Assembly (NCBI RefSeq): GCF_004010195.1
Contig: NC_057750.1
Location: 19,752,117-19,816,116 of the forward strand
Reading direction: 5' to 3'
DNA from: Chiloscyllium plagiosum
Lineage: Eukaryota
Length of the DNA stretch: 64,000 bases
A program made the position numbers and the translations under genes. A model generated the notes under the pieces. That model saw only the letters and a list, made by a program, of their open reading frames with translations. It did not search any database and was not told the origin of the DNA. Of this stretch, positions 11,345 to 24,722 are shown piece by piece (positions within the stretch are counted from its first letter, which is position 1; every line of letters begins with the position of its first letter).

Positions 11345-12980
11345 TGCCAGGCAGGGAGGAAGTGGTCGAGTAAGGCAGCCATGGTTTATTAAAGAAGTTG
11401 AATCGCTTGTCAAGAGGAGGAAGAAGGGTTATGTTAGGGTGAGATGTGATGGGTCAGTTAGGGTGCTTAAGAGTTACAATTTACCAGAAAAGACCTAAAG
11501 AGAGAGCTAAGAAGAGCCAGGAGGGAACATGAGAAGTCGTTGGCAGATAGGATCAAGATAAAACCCAAAGCCTTCTGTAGAAATATCAGGAATAAAAGAA
11601 TGATGAGAGAAAGATTAGGGCAAATCAAGGATTGTCGTGGGAAGTTGTGTGGGGAGTCCAAAGAGATAGGGAAATCTTTAAATGAATATTTTTTGGCAGT
11701 ATTCACACTGGATAATATTGTTGAGGAGAATATTGAGATGCAGGCTACTAGACTAGACAGGATTGATGTTCACAAGTAGGAGGAGTTAGCAATTCTGGAA
11801 AGCGTGAGAATAGATAAGTCCCCGAGACCATGATGGGATTTATCTTATGATTCTCTGGGAAGCCAGAGAGAAGATTATAGAGCCTTTGACTTTGATCTTT
11901 AAGCCATCATTGTCTACAGGAATAACGCCAGAAGACTGGAGGATAGCAAATGTTGTCCCCTTGGTGGAGAAGGGGAGTAGAGACAACCCTGGTAATTATC
12001 AAATGGGGAGCCTTACTTCAGTTGTGGGTAAAGTGTTAGAAAAGGTTATAAAAGATAGGATTTATAATCATGGAGAGTGTGTCACAAACCTAATGAGTTC
12101 TTTGAGAAGGTGACCAAACAGGTGGGTGAGGGTACAGCAGTTGATATGGTGTATATGGATTTCAGTAAGGCATTTGATAATGTTTCCTATGGTAGGCTAA
12201 TGCACTAAATATGGAGGCATAGGATTGAGGGTGATTTAGTGGTTTGGATTAGAAATTGGCCAGCTGAAAGAAGACAGAGGCTGTTGGTTGATGGGAAATA
12301 TTCATCCTGGTGTTCAGTTACTAGTGATGTACTGCAATGTTTTGGGGTCACTGCCGTTTGTCATTTTCATAAATGACCTCGATGAGGGTGTAGAAGAATG
12401 GGTTAGTAAATTTGCAGATGTCACTATGTTCGGTGGAGTTGTGGATAGTGCTGAAGGATGCTGCAGATTACAGGGGGCATTGGTAATCTGCTGAGTTTGG
12501 CTGAGAGATGGTAAATAGAGTTTAATGTGGAAAAGTGTGAGGTGATTCACTTTGGCAGGGGTAATAGGAATAAAAAGTATTGGGCTAATGGTAAGATTCT
12601 TGGTAGTGTGGATGAGCAAAGAGATCTCACTATTCATGTACATAGATCCCTGAAAATTGCCACCCAGGTTGATAGGGTTGTTAAGAAGGCATACGGTATG
12701 TTAGCTTTTATTGGTAGAGGGATTGGGTTTCGGAGTCACGAGGTCATGCTGCAGCTGTACTAAGCTCTGGTGCAGCCACACTTGGAGTATTGCGTACAGT
12801 TCTGGTCGCTGCATTATGGGAAGGATGCGGAAGCATTGGAAAGGGTGAAGAGGAGATTTGCCAGGATGTTGCCTGGCATGGAGCGCAGGTCTTGTAAGGA
12901 AATGGTGAGGGACTTGAGGCTGTTTTTGTTAGAGAGAAAGTTTGAGAGGTGAGTTAATTGAGACATTTAAGGTAATCAAT
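11345..12980 (+). mobile_element. CR1 (HER1-like) LINE ORF2, degenerate
   Basis: PEDWRIANVVPL..KGSRDNPGNY, FINDLDEGVE.WVSKFAD, PHLEYCVQFWS. Confidence 0.9.
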
Positions 12981-13810
12981 GTCAATGCCCCTCTGAAGTC
13001 ACTCAGCATTGTTCTGACAATTCATTATTCTCCCTCATTTAGTACTATCTGCAAATTTCGAGACTTTTGCCTCAACACCCACCTCCAAACTATATATGTA
13101 AATTAGAAAAGGTCCCAACATCAATCTTTGGGGAGCATCACAAAAAAACTCATCTCCAATCTGAGAAATGTCCATCTATATCTCTGCTCTGTTTCCCATC
13201 TATTTAGCCAACTTCTCATATGTGATGCTATGGAGCCATCAATCCAAACAATTCCAATTTTCTCACCAGCCTGCCATTTGGCATCGTATCAAATGTTATT
13301 ATGATGGATGTAACGGCAGACATTTAGAAGTCGATCACATTTAGAATGTGATCATACAGAGTCAGCAGCATGGCTTCATGAATGGGAAATTGTTCCTGAC
13401 AAATTTATTCAAATTCTTTAATTAAGTAACAAGCATGATAAATGTATTCTACTCTGAATTTCAGGATATATCTCATGAGGTACCACAGGAGAGGTTGGTT
13501 TATAAAATAAGAACTCATGGAGCTCGAGGTAATTTATATCATGAATGGAGGATTCATTACCCAATAACATTTGAATAGGTGGGAGTCAATGATGTTACAT
13601 TGACAGTTTTACAATCCTCAGGACATTTCCTAAATCGAATGACTCCTGGAATATTACTACCAGGCGCCCACTATCTTTGTAGTTACATTGCTTAATATCC
13701 TAGGATGCATCACATCGGATCCAGGAACATATCAATCTTTTAGCCTCATTAGATTCCCAAGAACACTTTTCTCTAATAATAGTTATTGCATTTATTTCCT
13801 TTTGCCTTTT
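12980..13810. mobile_element. Old, highly decayed CR1-type fragments in both orientations
   Basis: Residual SQHGFM.GK..LTNL..FF (13360-13430, +) and FAD-like motif on minus near 13045. Confidence 0.5.
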
Positions 13811-14489
13811 GACTATTTCATAACATTGAATTATTCTCCTCTGCTGTAAATGATTTCTAACATATAACTGGTAGGTGGTTGTAAATTTTGTCAGTGAAGT
13901 GGGAGATATTACAATTTTTCCCTTGTCTAAGTCATTGATATTGATTGCAGTGGCTGTGGTTTTGGCAGTGCCCCTTCTGGCACTCTCACTAGTACCTGCT
14001 CGCCAAGCTGGACATGACCCAGTTTATTATCCACCAGCAAATTCTCTATCCATAAGAACATACTACATACATAGTCTGCCTTAACATTGGAATAGATCGA
14101 ATGACCTCCATCTGTACTGTAAAACTTAGTGATTTCTCTGATTTTATGAAATGGGCCAATGTTAAACTGTGTGCTGAAGCAGAGACGCCTTTAATTTGGG
14201 ACTGGAGTTCTGTCAGCATAGAGTGAAATATCATGCATTCCTGGATTCTAGAAATGCTAATCTGCTTCAAAGAAGCATGGTGTGTGGAGGACTGTTTGAA
14301 GGGATGTGCAGGTTTCCGTTGATTAAAATGTACATTCCAAGACCTATTTTTGAGTAACTGTGCTGAAATAATTAAATGCTTCAGCAGTGTGTGACTGACT
14401 TTCCAAAATACAAACAGGCACGTCTGGTCAGCCACTGAATTGTAATTGTGAGGGCTTGTTCAGAATTTAGCCCATCAATTTGTGAGTGA

Positions 14490-15420
14490 GTGACTCACCC
14501 CCTGCAAATCTAGTTTCAACTCTCCCTTGCAGCACTAACGAACCTGTCCGCCAATGTATTGGTCCCCCTGCAGTTCAGGTGCAACCTGTCCCTCTTGAAC
14601 AGATCATTTCTGCCCCAGAAAAGATCCCATTGATTTAAAAATCTGAATCCTTGCCCCTGCGCCAATTCTTTAGCGATGGATTCACCTGTCATTTCCTACT
14701 GTTCTTACCCTCACTAGCCCATGGCAGTGGAAGTAATCGGGGAGTGTCACCATCAAGGTCCTGGTTTTTAACTTTTTTCTTATCTCTGTATAATCACTCT
14801 TCAGGACCTCATCCCTATTTCTGCCTATGTCATTTGTGCCAATGTGCAGAATGACCTCTAGCCATTCCCCCTCCCCATTGAGAACATTCTGCAGCCCTCC
14901 AAGACATTCTGGACCATGGCATTTGGAAGGCAACACACCATCCTGGATTCCCATTTACGGCCACAGAATCTCCTTTCTGTCTCCCTAATGAGTGAGTCTC
15001 TTATCATTCACATCCTGTTTACCTTTTCCCTTTCCCGCTGTGCCCCAGAGCCAGTCCTGATGCCATTAACCTGAACGGTTCACCACTCCCCTCCGCCCCA
15101 AACAGCATGCAAAATGGTAGACTTGCTTTCGAGTGGAATGGCCACAGGGATTCCTGCAGTCTCTGCCTACTCCCTTTGCTTTTCCTGGTGGTCAACTAGC
15201 TACTCTCTGCCTGAACCTTAAATGCAACTCCCCACGAAAACTCTTATCTATGAAGTGCTCAACATCTCAGATGATCCTGAGTGCATCCAGCTCCCTAAAA
15301 CGGTCTCCAAGGAGCTGCAGCTGGGTACACTTTCCCCATGTGTTATCATCAGAGACAATGCAAGTCTCCCTGAGCTCCCACATCCTGTAGAAGCAACATG
15401 CAATTGGCCTTATTGCCATC
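14490..15420 (-). mobile_element. CR1 LINE ORF1 (zinc-finger/SGNH-esterase-like) remnant
   Basis: EVILHIGTNDIGRNRDEVL (GxND esterase block, 14682-14954); CC..MWE..C.KC.QLQLL at 15267-15491. Confidence 0.8.
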
Positions 15421-15579
15421 ACTGCTGTAAAACTGAAAAGGAAATTTAAAAGGTCTTGATCTGAACTTTTTGCTGAGCTGCTGCTCGCCAAAGTCTCTCA
15501 AGGAAATGCTTTAATTCTTACTTTGCTACAAAAAAAATGTTGGTTTGAGGACAACAGAAGGAGGGAAACACCACAATGA

Positions 15580-16950
15580 TTTTTTAAACATATCAAAAAT
15601 ATACTTTAATCACATAAACCTTTGGAACATGTACAGTTGATGATGCCATTCAGATGTCTTTATATATTGTCTTTACATTCAGAGAACAGATTGAGTTGTT
15701 GATATTTACAATATGTTATGTTAATCGCTTGGTGTTTAGCTGAGTTGACAGCAGGGCCTAATTACTGATTGAACCCCCATTCTTCTTTGATAGGAGGACC
15801 TTACACGGTGGTCTTTCCCAACATGCCAGTTTGCAAGACTAACTTTGCTTAACTCCTTCAACTGGAACAGCAGCAAGTTTCCAGCAGATCAAATGGCGTC
15901 ATTTACTGAGTTGATGATCTTCTGGGCACAGCTAATGTTTGTCTGGGTGTGCGTTCCGGGGAACAACCATAGAGCACGGCATCTGACGTTACAGAATCGC
16001 TCAGGACGAACCTCGACAAACACCACTGTATTCCTCTCCAGACTTCCCTTGCATAGGCACATTCCAGAAGGAAGTGTGTGACAGTCTTATCCCCTCCACA
16101 GCTGCTTCGAGAGCAGAGTGCGGTGGTACAGAGAGTCCGGGCATGCATAAAAGATCTCTCAGCCAGAGCCTTCTCATCATCAGCCAAGCAATGTCTTGGT
16201 GCTTGTTCGAAAGTTCTGGCGATGAGGCATTCTGTCAAATGACTATGACAATCTGCCCAGGGAACCGCTCGACAGGATCCGCCCTCTCCTTTTCCCAAAG
16301 TGTCTCAAGAACACTATGTGCTGACCACTGCCTGAAAGACTTATGGTCAAAGGTGTTTTTTTTCCCACAAATGTCTCTACAAAGGACAGATAATAAGGAG
16401 CGGTCCAACTACTTGGAGCGTTCTGTGGCAGTGAGGCCAGGCCCATCCTTTGCAACACTGGGGACAGGTAGAACCTCAGTATATAGTGACACTTGGTGTT
16501 TGTGTATTGGGGATCCATGCACAACTTAATGCAGCCACACACAAAGGTGGCCATCAAGGTAAAGATTGCATTGGGTGTATTTCTTCCCCCTTTCTCCAGA
16601 CCTTTTTACATGGTGTCTCTTCGGGCATGGTCTATCTTTGATCTCCACATGACGTGGAAGATGGCCTGGTGGCTGCACAGACTACCTCAAACCAGATGAC
16701 AAAGATTTTACCCATGATAGAGAGCGACCATTGTTCCCATCTGCCCAGTTTCTGACTCGCTTTGGTGACGTGCTGCTCTCAAGACTTGGCATGCACTCCA
16801 GCTCCTCTGAAGCAAATACCCAATTACCTGATGTAAGCATGATACCAGAGCAGGTGACTGCTTGTCCTCGGAGGGTGTCCTGCTATGGTTCTCTTTCTGG
16901 TAGTGGTGATTGTGCTGATGCAAATCTTTACCCCGACAGCCATTATAGAA
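15580..16950 (-). mobile_element. L1/Tx1-clade LINE 3' fragment
   Basis: C-terminal zinc-finger-like CSRSSCGGDKTVTHFLLECAYAREVW (15903-16298); AATAAA and A-rich tail near 15580-15610 on minus. Confidence 0.7.
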
Positions 16951-18061
16951 TTGTACTGAGTGTCAATAAATGGTCAAATCGGATCTTCTGATCCAGTGTT
17001 CTGGCTTTTCTGCGGTATTTGTAAATGCACCATTGTAGCAAGTGTGGAGCACTGACAGGGGAATAACCTCAATTGCAAATATTACTGGGAATATCTTTTA
17101 CTGTAGAATTGTATTGCTTGTCAGTCAATGCCCTGAAGGGAGCATTTGATTCCAGACCAGTGTGATTCAGTCAGCATCTTTCAATTCGAATTTTACTAAG
17201 TGTGAATTCCTCGACAAAGGGCAACAACTAACCTCAGTATCCAAGTGTTATCGGGAACATCTCTCAAAGTAACATTACACTGAGTAGGGGTTACTAACTG
17301 AAGGGGAACAACTTACCCCAATAGACTTGCCTAAGTAGAAATATCCCTGACTATAGAATTTAACTGTTTGTGGGGAACTGAATTAAATGGAATGTCTGAC
17401 CGCAGTGAGAACTAGTACCATAACAGTCTGAATCATGCAGGATTTCAGATATATATCATTCCTCATTTCTGTCTGTCCACTGATGGAGCTGTCAATATAG
17501 TTTGTAAATATACAATGGATTGCAAGTCGGAATACCTTTGCAGCTGGTTGTGTATGTTTGGTGCTAAATTTACAAAGTGAAATGTACTATTGGAGTGAAA
17601 AATGAAAATGGAAGAGCAAAATATTAATTCAATAAAATGCTCTATTGACATATTCTGTTGTCTCAAATAATATTTTTGGTAATGATTACTCTTTCAGTAA
17701 CCTCAAGACAAATTGTGGGACATAGTTACACTAATTTATTATCTGTGCTTTAATAAGGATGAATATAGAGCTGGAAATGTTGGCATGATTTCACACCTGT
17801 ATGTGGTCAGACGTAGACTAACAATTTTGAATCTGTAATTCATAATCTTTCCACCTTAGATTTTCAGGGATTGCTGCTTTTGGTTTGCAATGTATGTCCT
17901 CTTTGGGAGGAAGAAGGTTTGATGAGGAATGTGCATCAATCAGTTTTAAGGAAATATATAAAAATAATAATATTGAATCTAATAGGAATAAAAATGTCTG
18001 TTTCAAAAAATAATGAAATTAAGGAGCTTCGGTTTTATAATTATGGTTTATAATTTTTCTT

Positions 18062-18232
18062 CCCCTCATTCACGGGATGAGGGTGTCACTGGCTAGGCAG
18101 AATTTATTGCCCATCCCTAATTGCCCACAAAGCAGTTTAGAGTCAAACATGTTGCTGTGAATCTGGACTCACATGTCGGCCAGACCAGGTAAGGATATCA
18201 GTTTCTTTCCCTAAAGGATGTTAGTGAATTGA
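18062..18232 (-). mobile_element. SINE 3' fragment (second tRNA-SINE family; other copies ~20940-21875 split, 46985-47322, 63220-63510)
   Basis: Shared GGGCAATTAGGGATGGGCAATAAA tail and ATGTGA.TCCAGA..CACAGCAA..TGTTGACTCT block. Confidence 0.7.
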
Positions 18233-18839
18233 GTTGGAGAGCATTAAGTAGAATTAACAGGACAGAATACAGAACATTTAAGATGGTATTTTCATATATG
18301 AAGCAAGTCTCTTGCATTATCTAGTATTCCAATCCTAAATGAGTATTAATAATCTACATGTTAATCTACAGTCGCAGTCTGTCTTATTAGTGAATATGAT
18401 TTACATATTTGAATCTTGAAGTTATTTATATTCTGTATACATCTGCATACAGTGTCACTAACACAGCTCACGAATCCAATTTCCAGAATTGTGAGCATTT
18501 CTCTTCTTTTTGTCAGATAATGACAAACATTCTGACACTGCCAGGAGCCCAAACTCTGTCAATCGTTGCTTTATTTCTGTACCATAGCCTCTGACCTTCC
18601 GACAGAACCACATATTCTGATGTAGGACATCAAATTCAAGATTGTTGAACTTGCATTTACAAAATGATTGATTACCTGTTCCTCAATCGGTCGCACCTAT
18701 TTTTACAGTTAAATTTTAAGTCGTGAAATGTTCAACTCTTAAACATGTAAATTATGATAACATATTCACAATAAGGACCCCTAGAAAAACTAGGCTCAAT
18801 GAGATTACAACTGTCTTTGGTTTCATCCTGTCTAATGGT

Positions 18840-19695
18840 TGTGGCTGCTGGAGGTCAATCATCTCAACCATCATGCATCTCTACAGGAATTCTTCACAAA
18901 TGTATATTGGTCCTAAAATCTGCAGGTGCCTTATCACTGTCCTTCCCTCCATCATAATTTTGAAATTAAATATGTTTGGTCATGATTGCACCATGTTCAG
19001 TATCATTTACAACTCCTTAGGCAATGAAAAGATCTGTGAGCAAGTACAGCAAGATACCACCTGGTCCAATAATTGACAAGTAGCATTCACATCCCACAAG
19101 CATGACACAATGGTAAATTCTCAATTTTTGGAAACGGTCCATCTCACAAAGGCTTATTATGACATTACCATCACTGAATGCACGGCTATCAACATGCTGG
19201 GTCATTGACAAGAAAATGACTGGTCCAGCCATATAAGTGCTGTGGCCACAAGAGTATGTCAGACTCTGATTACTGTAGCAATGAGCTCCCTGCCAGCCTC
19301 TCTGATCCATGTCCACCATCCAGAAAGCATTGCTTAGGTGAGGGCTGGAATGCTCCCAACATATCTGGCTGAGTGCATCTCAATTGAAACGCTAAGTAAA
19401 ACACTCACAAAGCTCCACATTGTGCAGGACAAACACTCAATTAATTAGTGTGCCAATCACCACATTCAGTACTCATTCCCTTCATCAATGACATGCCTGA
19501 CCAGGAATGAATGCCACCTCCAAGTTGCAAAGCAGTAAGGCTCCAAGTCTCTTTTGACAGCAACTCGCAAACCCCTATGACCTCCACCATCCAGAATAAA
19601 AACAAGAGCAACAGATGCATAGAAACACTTTCACATTTCAAGCCAGGTTTCATTCTCACTGGGAAATATAGCATTGTTACATCACTGTTATTGAG
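18840..19695 (+). mobile_element. Old degenerate LINE RT/3' fragment, clade unassigned
   Basis: Decayed QG..LGP..F..FI.DLPS and MF.DDCTMF RT motifs in ORF 18723-19076. Confidence 0.5.
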
Positions 19696-19719
19696 TCATA
19701 GTCATAGACTCATATAGTA

Positions 19720-19917
19720 CAGAATCAGGAAAAAAACACAGTAGTTGCTGGAAAACCTCAGCAGATCCTTCAGCATCTGTAAAGAAAAATCAGAGTTAAA
19801 GTGTTGGTGCAGTTCTGAGGGAGGGCTCCTGGAGCAGAAATGCGAATTCTGATTTTTCTTCACACATGCAGCCAGACCTGCTGATCTTTTCCAATAATGC
19901 CTGTTTTTGTTCCTGAG
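19720..19917. mobile_element. Old fold-back PLE pLTR hairpin (similar one at 41400-41550) inserted in a CR1 3' end
   Basis: Imperfect inverted arms GTTGCTGGAAAACCTCAGCAG..AGAAAAATCAGA / TCTGATTTTTCTT..CTGCTGATCTTTTCCAAT. Confidence 0.6.
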
Positions 19918-20210
19918 TCTGGAGACAGTCCCTTTGGTCCAATCAGACCGAGCTGAACTTAATTCCAAACTAAACTAGTCTCAACTGCCTGCACATGGTG
20001 CATATCCCTCCAAGCATTTCTTATTAATATACTTATCCAAAGGTCTTTTAAAAATTACAATTGCTCCCACACCCACCACTTACTCAGGAAGTTCATTCCA
20101 CATGCGGACCACCCTCTGTGTAAAACAAAATGCCCTCTAAAACCTCTATGGGTTTTCCTGCACCCCAGGCAATTGCAGATGTTCACAAAAGCAGATCTCC
20201 ATCCCCATCA

Positions 20211-20622
20211 AAGTTGAAACTTTATTGCTGGAACAGCACAGCAGGTCAGGCAGCATCCAGGGAACAGGAGATTCGACGTTTCGGGCACAGGCCCTTCTTC
20301 AGGAATGAGAGGCAGAGAGCTTCTTCAAGGAAGGCATCCTTGTAAGAGGATTCGCAGTAGGTTGAAATCTTCGAGGAGAAAGTGAGGTCTGCAGATGCTG
20401 GAGATCAAAGTTGAAACTTTATTGCTGGAACAGCACAGCAGGTCAAGCAGCATCCAGGGAACAGGAGATTCGACGTTTCGGGCACAGGCCAAAGAATCCT
20501 GAAGAAGGGCCTGTGCCCGAAACGTCGAATCTCCTGTTCCCTGGATGCTGCCTGACCTGCTGTGCTGTTCCAGCAATAAAGTTTCAACTTTGATCTCCAG
20601 CATCTGCAGACCTCACTTTCTC
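20211..20622. mobile_element. Young PLE pLTR cluster (two minus, one plus copy) with 14-bp TSD
   Basis: CTCCATCCCCATCA at 20197-20210 and 20623-20636; inverted arms ~20375-20490 and ~20507-20622. Confidence 0.9.
20498..20530 (+). ncRNA. Minimal hammerhead ribozyme motif in PLE pLTR
   Basis: CCTGAAGA-AGGGC-CTGT-GCCC-GAAA-CGTC: CUGANGA box, stem II, GAAA box, short palindromic stem III. Confidence 0.75.
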
Positions 20623-21124
20623 CTCCATCCCCATCACAAAGGCGAGTAGATCTGGACAATGAATACTGGTCTGGACAATTGTGCTCACATTCCATGAGTA
20701 CTTTCAAAAATAAACACCATTCCCACATCTGCATTAGAAAGATCATTTTGCTTTGGTTGTCTGTGCTGCAGGATACTACACTGATTCTAGTGGTGGACCT
20801 CCTAACTTCAAAATTGGATCAAATTGGGAAGTTTCATACTTATGACAATGGACTCAGTCCAGGATATGCAATCTGAGAGAGTGGTATAAAAAAGGAGCAG
20901 TCATCAGCACAGGATAGTTGGCTGTGCATACGGAGGTCCATTTTCTTTAATCCTTCAAAGGGATGTGTGTGTCGCTGGTTAGGGCAACACTTACCAACCT
21001 TCAATTATTGTCCAGGGAGCAGGAAATAGTCAACCAGGTTGTGGGTCCTGAATCACATGAAGCCACACCAGGGAAGGATGACAGATTACCTCCCTAGAGG
21101 ATATTCGTGAATGAGATGGGGCGT

Positions 21125-21740
21125 TAGGTGTGCTTTCTTACATTAGTCAGCGTATTGAGTACGGAGTTGGGAAGTCATGTTGCGGCTGTATAGGATGCTG
21201 GTTCGGCCACTTTTGGAATAGTTTGTGCAATTCTGGTCTCCTTCCTATTGGAAGTATGTTGTGAACTTGAAAGGGCTCAGAAAAGATTTACAAGGATGTT
21301 GCCATGGTTAGAGGATTTGAGCTATAAAGAGATGCTGAATAGGCTGGGGCTGTTGGCCCTGAAGTGTCGGAGGCTGAGGGGTGACCTTATAGAGGTTTAT
21401 AAAATCGTGAGGGGCATGGATAGGGGTGGATGAGTCCAGAACTAGAGAGCGCAGATTTAGCGTGAGAGGGGAAAGGTCTTAAAGGGACCTTAGGGGCAAT
21501 TGTTTCCACGCAGAGGATGTTGCATGTATGGAATGAGCTGCCAGAGGAAGTGGTGGAGTCTCATACAATTTCAACATATAAAAGGCATCTGGATGGGTAT
21601 ATGAATAGGAAAGGTTTAGAGGGCAATGGGCCAAGCACTGGCAAATGGGAATAGATCAGGTAAGGATATCCAGTTAGCATGGACTGGTTGGACCGAAGGG
21701 TCTGTTTCCGTGCTGTTTATCTCTATAATGCTATGAGTCG
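21125..21740 (+). mobile_element. CR1 LINE 3' fragment
   Basis: LERAQKRFTRMLP.LEDLSYKE.LNRLGL..RRLRGDLIEVYKI. Confidence 0.9.
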
Positions 21741-22444
21741 ATATCAACTGAGAACAGTTTAATCGTCATCATTGATCATCAGAATTCCAGATTATTATTG
21801 AATTGAAATTCCATCACTTGGATTGTGGACGTGGATACCAGCTCCCCAGAACATTATCAAAGTCGCTGTATTAACATTCCTGATGAAGGGCTCTGGCCCG
21901 AAATGTTGATTTTCTTGCTCCTCGGATACTACCTGACCTGCTGAGTTTTTCCAGCAACACACTCTTGTCTCTGAATTAACAGTCTAGTGACAAGGTCATT
22001 AGGCCAACATCTCCCCTAATCTTTAGCACTGGCCAGGATCCAGAGAGGCTGACTCTGTTGTCCAGCCGCAATACAATGTTTGGGTCTCCTCGAACAAGCT
22101 ATGGGAAAATTCTGGTGATTTTCATTGGAAGAGCTGGTTAAACTATGGGGATACTCTGCCTCAGCATGTATTTCAAATCTGGTAGCAGAATCGCCTCAGA
22201 GAGGAACTTGGGTATATGAGCCTGGACATCTGTCAGGAAACTTTGCTTCATCCCAGATAAAGTGTCTGATTTTTAAACGGGAAAGTTGCAATGACAATTT
22301 CTGCATCGATTCGATTTGATTTGAGTGAGGGACATGGTGTACAGTCTTGGACAGGTGGGAGGGGAGGGGTGGAGGAGGAGGGGTGTGGTCTTTGCCATAT
22401 ATTGAACTTCTTCTAGGGTGGCTATCCAGTCTGGGACATGATGA

Positions 22445-23045
22445 TTTGATTTAAGAAGGCACAACAACGCCTCTTCTTCCTCAGGCAGCTTGTGAAATTT
22501 GTCATGTTCATAAGGATCCTCACCAACTACTATAGATGCACTGTTGAAAGCATACTGCCTGGCGCCTAACTGTCTAGAATTGCAACTGCTCTGCCCAGGA
22601 CCATAAGAAACTACTGAAAGTTGTGTGCATAGCCCAGGCCATCAAAGAAGCCAACCTTCCATCCATGGATTACATTTACATGGTTTGCTGCTACAGTAAC
22701 ATCATCAAGGAACCATCGCACCATGATAATGATTTCCTACCACCTCTTCCATCAGAAAGAATATACAAAGCCCGAACACATGCATGAGCAGGTTCAGACA
22801 CAGCTTTTTCTCAGTCATTATTAGACTATTGAATGCACCCTCTAGTCTCAAATAATACTGATGTTGTTAATATTGACGTTGCCTAATGCATGCTGTGTGC
22901 AATGTAATCTGAATACCTCTGTCTAGGTTTCTTTTTTAGCTGCACATCTTTGTTTACTAAGAACTGTCTATATGTCTCATAAACAAAGCTTTTCACTGTA
23001 TTTCAATAAATATAATCATAATTAAATCAATCAATCAATCAATCA
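22445..23045 (+). mobile_element. Rex1/Babar-like LINE 3' fragment
   Basis: KKAQQRLFFLRQL.KF.M...LTNYYRCTVESIL; AATAAA and (TCAA)n tail at 23005-23044; related piece ~52965-53165. Confidence 0.65.
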
Positions 23046-24312
23046 CTCCTGAACACCATCACAGTTCAGATTGTCAGAATGTTCAATCCGGTGAATGAGG
23101 GAGGAACTCAATGCCCGATCATTTGTTCATCCATATTGTGGAGGACATCCATTCTTGTACACTGTGGAGTGCTTTAATACCCTGTACTGTCGTTCATATG
23201 GAACAGATGTACAATTCTGGAAGTAATCGGAACTTGGAGACTCCAAGACCATATACAAAAATGTTGCAATCAATGTCCATTTTCGGTGCCTTTGTTCTAC
23301 TCATCCCAGGCATCTTTGTGTGAATGCTGTCATCTTTAGGTTACTCAGACAGGTAAGAGTATCCCTTTAGAGACAATAAAAAACTGCAAATACAAAGTAG
23401 ACACAGGAAGCTGGAAGAACACAGCAAGCCAGGTAGCATCAGGAGGCGGAGAAGTCAACATTTCAGGTGTAACCTATAAAGCAGACGAAATCAACTGCTG
23501 ACAACCCCAATAAAACATTGCTCACAAAAACATAGTCATGTACTCAATCTGCTGCTCATGTTCTTCCCTACGTCTTTGAAAAATGCAAATGATTCATTTA
23601 AAGGAGAGTTTGCTGCTGTGGTTTAGATGCTTCAAACTTCATAAGACATGGAACAACAATTATCTTTGTTTTGGAATCCATCACTCACAATCTGGGCTCA
23701 GGTACAGCGAATATTTGACCAGTGACTTCAAGTCTCTTTTTTTCCTTGTCTCTCACAGTTAGTCTGGTGGTGATTGTAATCTTAGCTCGAGGCAAGTGTG
23801 GTCTTTCTACATGCAGCACACGCTACCTGGCAGCTTCTGATCTACTGTTCATTGTTGTTACTGTCATATTTCACCAATTTCGACATTATTCTTTTCCATA
23901 GTGTTTCCTGGACATCACTCCTGTTGGTAGTGTTATCTATGCCCTGAGCTGCTGGACTGTTGATTGTTCTGTCTGGTTCACTGTTGCCTTTTCCATTGAT
24001 CGATTTGTCGCCATTTGCTTTCAACAGATGAAAACTAAGTATTGCACAGAGAAAACTGCAATGATGATGCTAGTAACAATCTGCATTTTCTTTTCTTTAA
24101 AGAACATTCCAAACTACTTTCAGTATAAACCTGGAAAGATGGTCAACAATGTTCAATGGTACTGTTATACAAGGTACAGTTATTTTAAAGATCGTCGGTG
24201 GGCAAGTTTTAAATATTTTGAACATTTTTTAACACCACTTCTCCCATTCACTTTGATTCATTTTATCAATGGTCTGACTGTCAGGAGAAAGTGAGGTCTG
24301 CAGATGCTGGAG

Positions 24313-24722
24313 ATCAAAGTTGAAACTTTATTGCTGGAACAGCACAGCAGGTCAGGCAGCATCCAGGGAACAGGAGATTCGACGTTTCGGGCACAGGCCC
24401 TTCTTCAGGAATGAGCAGAGAGTGTTCAGCAGGAGAAGATAAAAGGTAGGGAGGAGGGACTTGGAGGAGGGGCGTTGGAAATGTGATAGGTGGAAAGAGG
24501 TCAAGGTGAGGGTGATAGGTCGGAGTAGGATGGAGCTCTTTCCACCTATCACATTTCCAACGCCCCTCCTCCAAGTCCCTCCTCCCTACCTTTTATCTTC
24601 TCCTGCTGAACACTCTCTGCTCATTCCTGAAGAAGGGCCTGTGCCCGAAACGTCGAATCTCCTGTTCCCTGGATGCTGCCTGACCTGCTGTGCTGTTCCA
24701 GCAATAAAGTTTCAACTTTGAT
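24313..24722. repeat. 187-bp inverted repeat of PLE pLTR with 36-bp spacer
   Basis: Arms 24313-24499 and 24536-24722 are reverse complements; mirrored ORFs in the ORF track. Confidence 0.95.
24626..24658 (+). ncRNA. Minimal hammerhead ribozyme motif (mirror copy on minus at ~24377-24409)
   Basis: CCTGAAGAAGGGCCTGTGCCCGAAACGTCGAAT. Confidence 0.75.

Noticed and set aside
13875..14084. Short ORF with one hydrophobic stretch
   Set aside because: No recognisable domain, start context or splice structure.
20208..24722. Recurrent identical ~100-bp units suggesting an array
   Set aside because: Not CRISPR-like: no regular repeat-spacer period; these are PLE pLTR copies in eukaryotic DNA.
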